Of a stretch of DNA of 64,000 nt, positions 57,146 to 64,000 are shown piece by piece (the first letter of the stretch is position 1; each line of letters begins with the position of its first letter). The position numbers and the translations under genes were made by a program. The stretch is from Candidatus Omnitrophota bacterium (GTDB taxonomy: Bacteria > Omnitrophota > Gorgyraeia > Aquiviventales > Aquiviventaceae). Below the pieces are notes generated by a model. The model ran no database searches and was not told the DNA's origin. It was given only the letters and a program-made list of their open reading frames with translations. The stretch covers positions 11,235 to 75,234 of the forward strand of contig JACQWM010000053.1 of the NCBI GenBank assembly GCA_016209275.1, given 5' to 3'.

Positions 57146-59722
57146 ATGGCTGAGAAATATCCGTTCCACGAGATTGAGCCAAAATGGCAGCGCGTCTGGG
57201 AAGACCAGAAGACCTTCCGCGTGACCGAGGGAGGCACCAAGCCGAAATACTACGTGCTCGATATGTTTCCCTATCCCTCAGGGGCCGGCTTGCACGTGGG
57301 GCACCCCGAAGGCTACACGGCGACGGATATCGTCGCTCGCTACAAACGGATGCGCGGCTTCAACGTGCTGCACCCGATGGGCTGGGATGCGTTCGGCCTG
57401 CCTGCCGAGCAATACGCGATCGAAACCGGGACCCATCCGGCGGAGACCACTCGCAAGAACATCGCGACCTTCAAAGCGCAAATCACGCGGCTGGGATTTT
57501 CCTACGATTGGGATCGCGAGATCAATACCACCGATCCTGGCTATGTGAGATGGACCCAGTGGATCTTTCTGAAATTGTACGAGCGCGGCTTGGCCTACAT
57601 GGCGGAGGCTCCGGTGTGGTGGTGTCCATCCTGCGGCACGGTGCTCGCCAATGAAGAAGTCGTCGACGGCACGTGCGAGCGCAAGGGCCACCCCGTCGAG
57701 CGCAAGCCGATGCGCCAGTGGATGCTCAAAATCACCGCGTATGCCGAGCGGCTGCTCGCCGACTTAGACGCGTTGGATTGGCCGGAGCATATCAAAGATC
57801 AGCAGCGCTATTGGATCGGCAAGAGTATCGGCGCTGAGGTCTGGTTTGCGTTAGACACCAAGGGGCCACCCATTCCAGACGCGTTGATGGATGGAACGCG
57901 GCTGCGGCGGCGCCACGGCGCCGTCGAGTGCAAGATTTACACGACGCGTCCAGATACGCTCTTTGGCGCCACCTACCTCGTGCTCTCACCGGAGCACCCT
58001 GCGGTCTTGGCCATCACGGCGGAGAACCGTCGTGTCACGGTTGAGCAATATCGACTGGAAGCGTCGCGCAAAAGCGAACTGGAACGCTCCGAACTGGCCA
58101 AAGAGAAAACCGGGGTGTTCACCGGCGCGTATGCCGTTAATCCGGTCAATCAAGAACACATTCCCATCTGGATCGCGGATTACGTGCTGGCCAGCTACGG
58201 CACCGGAGCCATCATGGCCGTGCCGGCCCATGATCAGCGCGATTTGGAGTTTGCGCTCACACACGGCTTGGATGTCCGCATCGTGATCATGCCGGAGGAT
58301 CATGCGCTTGAGCTTGTCGGCTTGACCCAGGCGTACACCGAGCCGGGCCGCATGCATGACTCCGGGCCATTTACCGGATTGCCGAGCGAAGACGCCAAGG
58401 GAAAAATTACTGACTGGCTCAAGGCTCAAGGCTCGGGGCTGAAGGCGACAAACTACAAACTGCGCGACTGGCTGTTTTCTCGACAGCGGTACTGGGGTGA
58501 GCCGATCCCGATCGTGCACTGCCCGAAGGATGGCACGGTGGCTCTGCCGGAGTCGGCGCTGCCGCTGACGTTGCCCCCGATCGATGATTTCAAACCGACG
58601 GGGACTGGGGAACCGCCGCTGGCGAAAACCAAGGCGTGGGTGACCACCACGTGCCCTACCTGTCGCGGCCCGGCTCAGCGCGAAACCAACACGATGCCGC
58701 AGTGGGCCGGCTCATGCTGGTACTACCTGCGTTACCTGGATCCGCGCAACGCTCAACGCGCGTGGGATCCATCGAAGGAGCAGTCTTGGATGCCGGTGGA
58801 TCTCTACATCGGGGGGGCCGAGCATGCGGTGCTGCATTTGCTCTACGCGCGGTTTTGGCACAAGGCGCTGTACGATCTCGCACTCGTTTCCACGTCGGAG
58901 CCGTTTCAGCGGTTGGTGAATCAGGGATTGATCCTCGGCGAGGACAACGAGAAAATGTCCAAATCGCGCGGCAATGTCGTCAACCCCGATGAGGTCATTG
59001 CCGCCCACGGGGCGGATGCGTTTCGGCTCTACGAGATGTTCCTGGGGCCGCTGGAAGCGGTCAAGCCCTGGAGCACGCGCAGCATCGAGGGCATTGACCG
59101 GTTCCTGAATCGTGTGTGGCGCCTCGGCGACATGATTGCTCAGGGCTCAGGGCTCAGGGCTCAGGGTGAACGCCCATCCACGCAGGATAAAGAATTTGAG
59201 CGAAAACGCCACGAGACGATCAAACACGTCACAGAGGATATCGAGCAGTTGCGGTTCAATACCGCGATTTCGTCCATGATGGTTTTTTCAAACCTCATTG
59301 CTGACGCGCTCGAGCGGCCCCGAGCCCCGAGCCCCGAACCCCGAGCCATCCGTCAGGCATTTGAGACGCTGGTCTTGTTGCTCTCACCCTTTGCCCCGCA
59401 TCTATGCGAGGAGCTCTGGCAGCGACTCGGCGAAAGCCGAGGAGTCCCGAGCGCAGTCGAGGGACGGCTGGGCCATGCGAAGAGCCTGGCGTATGAACCG
59501 TGGCCATCGTTTAATGCGGCCGCCCTGCAGACGGCCGAAGTCACGCTGGTCGTGCAGGTCAACGGCAAGGTGCGCGGGCGCATCACGGTCGCCTCCGATG
59601 CCAGCGAGGAGGCCGTGAAGGCCGCGGCCCTGGCCAATGACCAGGTCAAAAAATTCGTCGACGGCCAACCCGTGAAGCAATTCATCATCATCCCGAAACG
59701 CTTGGTGAATATTGTCCTCTGA
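57146..59722 (+). CDS. leuS: Leucine--tRNA ligase
   Basis: [57 protein letters not shown]. Confidence 0.97.
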   Translation: MAEKYPFHEIEPKWQRVWEDQKTFRVTEGGTKPKYYVLDMFPYPSGAGLHVGHPEGYTATDIVARYKRMRGFNVLHPMGWDAFGLPAEQYAIETGTHPAETTRKNIATFKAQITRLGFSYDWDREINTTDPGYVRWTQWIFLKLYERGLAYMAEAPVWWCPSCGTVLANEEVVDGTCERKGHPVERKPMRQWMLKITAYAERLLADLDALDWPEHIKDQQRYWIGKSIGAEVWFALDTKGPPIPDALMDGTRLRRRHGAVECKIYTTRPDTLFGATYLVLSPEHPAVLAITAENRRVTVEQYRLEASRKSELERSELAKEKTGVFTGAYAVNPVNQEHIPIWIADYVLASYGTGAIMAVPAHDQRDLEFALTHGLDVRIVIMPEDHALELVGLTQAYTEPGRMHDSGPFTGLPSEDAKGKITDWLKAQGSGLKATNYKLRDWLFSRQRYWGEPIPIVHCPKDGTVALPESALPLTLPPIDDFKPTGTGEPPLAKTKAWVTTTCPTCRGPAQRETNTMPQWAGSCWYYLRYLDPRNAQRAWDPSKEQSWMPVDLYIGGAEHAVLHLLYARFWHKALYDLALVSTSEPFQRLVNQGLILGEDNEKMSKSRGNVVNPDEVIAAHGADAFRLYEMFLGPLEAVKPWSTRSIEGIDRFLNRVWRLGDMIAQGSGLRAQGERPSTQDKEFERKRHETIKHVTEDIEQLRFNTAISSMMVFSNLIADALERPRAPSPEPRAIRQAFETLVLLLSPFAPHLCEELWQRLGESRGVPSAVEGRLGHAKSLAYEPWPSFNAAALQTAEVTLVVQVNGKVRGRITVASDASEEAVKAAALANDQVKKFVDGQPVKQFIIIPKRLVNIVL

Positions 59723-60071
59723 ACGGGTCTCCTTCACGCTGGGTGTGGTCGGTCTTGCGGCCACCGCATGGCTGAGCCTGGTCGCGTGGCTGAGGATAGC
59801 GCCTCCCGCGCGGCCGGGCGCTGCGATGGCGCCTGTGCCGGCGGCGTCATGGGACCTTGCGCTTTCGCGCGCACGGCGGATTGACATCAATGCGGCGAGT
59901 GGTGCAGAATTAGAGCGGTTGCCTGGTGTCGGGCCTGCGCTGGCCTCGCGCATCATCGCGTACCGCCAATCGGCCGGGCCGTTTGCAACGGCGGAGGGGT
60001 TGCGCGAGGTGCCAGGGATCGGCCCGAAAACGTTTGAGGCGCTTCGCGACTACGTGAGCGTTGATGGGTAA
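59712..60071 (+). CDS. comEA: ComEA family helix-hairpin-helix DNA-binding protein
   Basis: IDINAAS..EL..LPGVGP.LA.RII.YR...GPF, VPGIGPK. Confidence 0.85.
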   Translation: MSSERVSFTLGVVGLAATAWLSLVAWLRIAPPARPGAAMAPVPAASWDLALSRARRIDINAASGAELERLPGVGPALASRIIAYRQSAGPFATAEGLREVPGIGPKTFEALRDYVSVDG

Positions 60072-60222
60072 TTTGGGATTATCTGAGCTGCTCGTGATTT
60101 TTGCGATCGCGCTGCTCGTCATCGGCCCGAAGCGGCTGCCCGAGGTGGCCCGGGGGTTGGGCAAGGCGGTGCGGGCGTTTCAAGAGGCGCTCAAAGGCCC
60201 CTCGAGCGGTTCAAAGGATTGA
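60064..60222 (+). CDS. tatA: Twin-arginine translocase TatA/TatB subunit (52 aa, not in the ORF track)
   Basis: [45 protein letters not shown]. Confidence 0.88.
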   Translation: MGNLGLSELLVIFAIALLVIGPKRLPEVARGLGKAVRAFQEALKGPSSGSKD

Positions 60223-60260
60223 CAGCGCGCCCGCTCATCAGGTAAGGTTTGTTCGAAGCC

Positions 60261-60542
60261 ATGAACCCAGAACTTCGCAGCCGTCTCGCGTCGGCCGCGA
60301 ACGATGCACAAACGCGCGAGGTCATCACGTTTTTCTTCCGCGACCATCCGCAGGGAGCGTCCTTCGATGGGCTCAAGGAGATGCTCTTTCTTCATGACGC
60401 CTTCGAAGAAACGCAGATGACCGAGCTCGTTGACCAAGGCATTCTCATCTTCGACGGCAAACGCTACAAACTCGCACCCACCGCCCGCCAAATTCTCGAC
60501 CGCGACGCGACCATCCTCATGGATGAGTTCCTCCGTGAGTGA
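60261..60542 (+). CDS. Small hypothetical protein, winged-helix-like
   Basis: ELVDQGIL..DGKRYKL pattern. Confidence 0.55.
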   Translation: MNPELRSRLASAANDAQTREVITFFFRDHPQGASFDGLKEMLFLHDAFEETQMTELVDQGILIFDGKRYKLAPTARQILDRDATILMDEFLRE

Positions 60543-60571
60543 GTAAACCTCCTCCACCGCGCTAACATCCA

Positions 60572-60616
60572 TTGACGGTTGAACCGTTATATGATAGATT
60601 TTCTAGTAGATAGAAA
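60572..60616 (+). promoter_or_regulatory. Sigma-70 promoter and operator palindromes of the TA operon
   Basis: TTGACG(60572-77)-17 bp-TAGATT(60595-600) with extended TG; inverted repeats ACGGTT-g-AACCGT and TTTCTA-gtaga-TAGAAA. Confidence 0.65.
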
Positions 60617-60631
60617 TACAGGAGATAGGCC

Positions 60632-60910
60632 ATGGCGCGGGCGATTGTGAAGGTCCAGAAGAATAAGAATATTACACTGCCGATGTGGCTGATCAGCCGG
60701 TTTCACGTCCAGATCGGCGATTTTGTTCGCTTGGAAGAGACGAAGGACGGCGTGCTCATGAAACCGGCCAAATTGATCGATCCCTCCCAAGCGTACTTTT
60801 GGTCGAAGGAGTGGCAGGCGGGCGAGCGAGAAGCCGAGGAGGACGTCCGCAAAGGCCGCGTGAAAGGTTTTAAGAGCGTCAAGGACCTCATGACTGATCT
60901 GCATCGGTGA
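60632..60910 (+). CDS. AbrB/MazE-family antitoxin
   Basis: ITLP...GDFV....GVLMKP; DPSQAYFWSKEWQ.GE.EA.ED...GR. Confidence 0.85.
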   Translation: MARAIVKVQKNKNITLPMWLISRFHVQIGDFVRLEETKDGVLMKPAKLIDPSQAYFWSKEWQAGEREAEEDVRKGRVKGFKSVKDLMTDLHR

Positions 60911-61167
60911 TGCAGGTCTTTCGCACGGAACGCTTCAAGAAAGATTTCAAACGCCTTCCACGCGAGATTCAAGCACGACTCCCCGATGTCCTCGAACGCT
61001 TCGTCGACAATCCGCGTCATCCATCGCTCCAGACGAAGAAAATGGAAGGGGTTCGTGATATCTGGGAACTCCGTGTGACACAAAGCTATCGCATCACGTT
61101 TCAATTCGTTCTCGAGGGCGTCCTTTTGCGTCGCGTGGGCACACACGATGTGCTACGTCAGCCATGA
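60907..61167 (+). CDS. RelE/YafQ-family toxin
   Basis: TERFKKDFKRLP, HPSL..KKM.G, WE.RV...YRITF, RRVGTHD. Confidence 0.85.
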   Translation: MMQVFRTERFKKDFKRLPREIQARLPDVLERFVDNPRHPSLQTKKMEGVRDIWELRVTQSYRITFQFVLEGVLLRRVGTHDVLRQP

Positions 61168-61186
61168 GTGAGACGTCTCGCTACTG

Positions 61187-63217
61187 ATGACGCGGACCTT
61201 CACGATTTCTTCTTCAGCGAGCCTCAAGTTTCACCTCGACTTGGAGCAGGATCTCAACAACGCCCAGCGCGCCGCGGTGACCTGCGGCGAGGGGCCGAAG
61301 CTCGTCATCGCGGGCGCCGGCTCGGGCAAGACCCGCACGATCACCTATCGGGTGGCCTTCCTCATCGCCAAGGGAATCCACCCCAGCCAGATCCTCTTGG
61401 CCACCTTTACCAATAAGGCCGCGCGGGAAATGCTCAGCCGCGTCGAACAATTGACCGGCGGCGACGCCAGCGGCCTGTGGGGTGGGACATTCCACGCCAT
61501 CGGCAATCGGCTGCTGCGCCAGCACGGGACGCTGGTGGGGCTGCAGCCGAACTATTCCATTCTGGATGAGGAAGATCAGCGGGACTTGATCAAAGTCTGC
61601 ATCACCGAGGCCAAGGTGAAGGTTGAAGAGAAACGGTTTCCAGCGCCGTCGCTCATCGGGGATCTGATCAGCATGGCGTTCAACCTGCAGAAACCTCTGG
61701 CGGCTGTCATCGAGGCCCGCGCGCCGCATTTTGGCCTGTGGGCGCCGGAGCTTGAGCAGGTGGCCGCGCGCTATGAGGCGAAGAAGCGGTCGACGAATGC
61801 GCTGGATTACGACGATCTGCTAAAGTTTTGGCTGAAGCTGCTGGAGACCAAGCCTGAGATGGCGGAGCGGCTGAGTCGGCAGTTTCGCCACATCCTCGTC
61901 GATGAGTATCAAGATACGAATGTGGTCCAAGCGCAGATCGTCGAACGTCTGGCCCAGCGCAATGGCCGCAATCTCATGGTCGTCGGAGACGATGCGCAGA
62001 GTATTTACCAGTTCCGCGGGGCCAACTATGACAACATCCTCAAGTTTCCCGAACGCAACCCCGGCACGGAGATCTTCAAGCTGGAAACCAACTACCGCTC
62101 CACCCCGGAAATCCTCGAGTTCACCAACGCGAGCATCCTGCATAACCAGCACCAGCACCGCAAGACCTTGGTCGCGCAGCGCGACCGGGGCCGCCTGCCG
62201 GTCGTGGTCCCCGCGAACGACATGTATCAGGAAGCGGCGTTTGTCGCCGAGCGGATTTTACAATTGCGCGACGACGGCATTCCCTTGGAGGAGATGGCCG
62301 TGCTCTACCGGGCGCACGCGCACTCCTCGATGCTGCAGGCCGAGCTGATCAAGCGCAACATCCCCTACGACGTGCGCTCCGGGGTGCGGTTTTTCGAGCA
62401 AGCGCACATTAAAGATGTGGTGGCGTATCTGAAGGTGCTCGACAATCCGCATGATGAGATCGCCTGGCGGCGGCTGTGGCTCATGCTGCCGAGAGTCGGC
62501 CATGTGACGGCCGCACGGCTCTGGGAGGCGATTGCCAGCGCCGTGAATCCATTCGATGCCGCGCTGACCGAGGCGGTGGCTCGCACGCTGCCGCCGGCCG
62601 CCCAGGCCTACTACAAACGATTTCAGCACGACCTGCGACGGCTCTCGGCGTCCCGCGAGGATGTCTCGCCGCAGGAGCTGATCCGGGCGGTCATGGAGAG
62701 CGGCTATGCGGATTATCTGCGCGCGAAGTACGACGCGTTTCAATCAAGGCTGGAAGATCTGCAGCAGCTTGCGGTCTTTGCGCGGCCGTATCGCAGCCTG
62801 CGCAGCCTGCTCTCGGAGCTGGTGTTGCTCGGCGAGCTGTACGGCCAAGAGGTTGGTCCGGGTTCGGCCGAGACCGAACGGCTCATCCTCAGCTCGGTGC
62901 ATCAAGCCAAAGGATTGGAGTGGCGCGTGGTCTTCGTCATCCGGATGTGCGAGGGCAGCTTTCCGTCGGAGATGGCGTTGCGCGAAGAGCGCGGGGAAGA
63001 GGAAGAGCGGCGGATTTTTTACGTGGCCACGACCCGTGCCAAAGATGAGCTGTACATCACGCATCCGCTCATCGATCTCTCCCCGCGCGGCAACAGCCAG
63101 CTCCTGCTGCAACCCTCGCGCTTCCTGCGCGAGATCCGCTTTACCCTCTATGAGCAAGGCCAGATTGATCAGACGGTTGATATCAGATATCATCAGTCTG
63201 ACGCCGATGATATCTGA
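61187..63217 (+). CDS. UvrD/PcrA family ATP-dependent helicase
   Basis: AGAGSGKT, TFTNKAA, VDEYQD, VGDDAQSIY.FRGA, NYRS, HQAKGLEW, EERRIFYVATTRA. Confidence 0.95.
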   Translation: MTRTFTISSSASLKFHLDLEQDLNNAQRAAVTCGEGPKLVIAGAGSGKTRTITYRVAFLIAKGIHPSQILLATFTNKAAREMLSRVEQLTGGDASGLWGGTFHAIGNRLLRQHGTLVGLQPNYSILDEEDQRDLIKVCITEAKVKVEEKRFPAPSLIGDLISMAFNLQKPLAAVIEARAPHFGLWAPELEQVAARYEAKKRSTNALDYDDLLKFWLKLLETKPEMAERLSRQFRHILVDEYQDTNVVQAQIVERLAQRNGRNLMVVGDDAQSIYQFRGANYDNILKFPERNPGTEIFKLETNYRSTPEILEFTNASILHNQHQHRKTLVAQRDRGRLPVVVPANDMYQEAAFVAERILQLRDDGIPLEEMAVLYRAHAHSSMLQAELIKRNIPYDVRSGVRFFEQAHIKDVVAYLKVLDNPHDEIAWRRLWLMLPRVGHVTAARLWEAIASAVNPFDAALTEAVARTLPPAAQAYYKRFQHDLRRLSASREDVSPQELIRAVMESGYADYLRAKYDAFQSRLEDLQQLAVFARPYRSLRSLLSELVLLGELYGQEVGPGSAETERLILSSVHQAKGLEWRVVFVIRMCEGSFPSEMALREERGEEEERRIFYVATTRAKDELYITHPLIDLSPRGNSQLLLQPSRFLREIRFTLYEQGQIDQTVDIRYHQSDADDI

Positions 63218-63221
63218 TATC
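63179..63221. repeat. GATATC palindromic repeat copy 8, overlapping the uvrD 3' end
   Basis: GATATCAGATATCATC-agtctgacgcc-GATGATATCTGATATC; supplies the TGA stop at 63215-17. Confidence 0.88.
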
Positions 63222-63236
63222 GCCTTGAGGTAAGCC

Positions 63237-63599
63237 ATGCAAGAGCGGCGGAAGTTTGTCCGGTTGGATACGCGGCTGGAGATCAGCGTCACCGAGGTGC
63301 CCGGCGCGCCGGCCCGCAAAGCGGTGTCGAAAAATCTCAGCGGCGGCGGCCTCTGCCTGGTGACGGAGAAAGAAGCCCCACCGGGGACCCAGTTGCAGGT
63401 GGCCATGAAATTACCCGAGCAGGAGCAGCCGGTGACGTTTACCGCCCAGGTCGTGTGGTGCGAGCCCTACGAGATCATCGGCAAGGGCCATCGCCATCGC
63501 GGCGTTGAGATGGGGGCGCGTTTCGTAGATATCTCGCCGAAAGATTACCAAGCGATTTTGCAGCACGTCATTCTGAGTCTCAAGACTCCGCGTCAGTAA
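63237..63599 (+). CDS. PilZ domain protein
   Basis: ERRKFVR and NLSGGG canonical c-di-GMP motifs. Confidence 0.88.
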   Translation: MQERRKFVRLDTRLEISVTEVPGAPARKAVSKNLSGGGLCLVTEKEAPPGTQLQVAMKLPEQEQPVTFTAQVVWCEPYEIIGKGHRHRGVEMGARFVDISPKDYQAILQHVILSLKTPRQ

Positions 63600-63628
63600 C
63601 TCCCTGCACTTCTGGACACTCCAACACG

Positions 63629-64000
63629 ATGAGCGCCCCGCTTGTTCCTGTCACCATCGTCTTCATCCTTGGCATTGCGCTTCAGCTCTTCCGCCCCTGT
63701 CCTCTCGGTCTTGTTGCGGTTGTCGGATTGCTGGCCGGATCTTTCGTGTTGCTGAATCGCCGGTCATGGGTCATGCGCCATGGATCGCTCTTGGTCTTAT
63801 GGTTGTGTCTCGGGATGCTCCGCATGGCCGTGTGGCAAGCCCATCCGGACCACCGGTTGTCATCGAGGCTCCCTGAGGCGCCGACCGCGGTGCGAGCGCA
63901 TGGCGTGGTCATCAGCGATCCGGTGGAGCGCTGGGGTTGGCAGGATCGTCTGGAGCAGCGCTGCGTGCTGCGGCTTCTGCCGATGGCGGGGCGCGTGCAG
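63629..64000 (+). CDS. comEC: Probable ComEC/Rec2 N-terminal region, truncated by the window end
   Basis: Open frame from ATG 63629: PL...FILGI, TM helices, then G.V.SDP OB-fold-like segment. Confidence 0.6.
   Translation, partial: MSAPLVPVTIVFILGIALQLFRPCPLGLVAVVGLLAGSFVLLNRRSWVMRHGSLLVLWLCLGMLRMAVWQAHPDHRLSSRLPEAPTAVRAHGVVISDPVERWGWQDRLEQRCVLRLLPMAGRVQ

Noticed and set aside
60632-61167. TA pair as a novel defence system
   Set aside because: Ordinary AbrB plus RelE-type type II module.

Overview
GC-rich bacterial chromosomal segment of about 60 genes, mostly housekeeping and envelope functions. Gene style (TMTC-like TPR glycosyltransferases, stand-alone PilZ and receiver proteins) suggests an uncultured diderm such as Ca. 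Omnitrophota; this is inference only. Contents in order: pckG (partial); a metal-uptake locus; TolC/HlyD/ABC efflux; a nucleoside phosphorylase-mtnA-aldolase/SDR-uppP-apt operon; trxB; orphan oxidase subunits III/IV; a desaturase; a divergent sigma-like gene; two TMTC-like genes with AlgI/AlgJ-type acetylation genes; a riboswitch-led PAS kinase operon; an MMPL-LolA fusion; acr3; a RAYT transposase; comM; accA; tRNA-Leu(CAA) and tRNA-Ala(GGC); nfo; leuS; comEA; tatA; an AbrB/RelE TA pair; uvrD; comEC (partial). Most notable signals: (1) a dispersed GATATCAGATATC..GATATCTGATATC hairpin family, two copies of which form exact 47-bp inverted repeats around the coxIII/IV cassette and others of which enclose tRNA-Leu; (2) a His/Cys-rich RAPP uORF whose Pro-Pro codons pair with the Shine-Dalgarno of the downstream metal porin; (3) an A20-variant GEMM-I riboswitch (possible 3',3'-cGAMP sensor) with terminator; (4) a possible variant MTA/5'-deoxyadenosine salvage pathway; (5) heptamer repeats translated inside genes, including signal peptides and LeuS. 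All product calls come from motif recognition by eye; no database searches were run.
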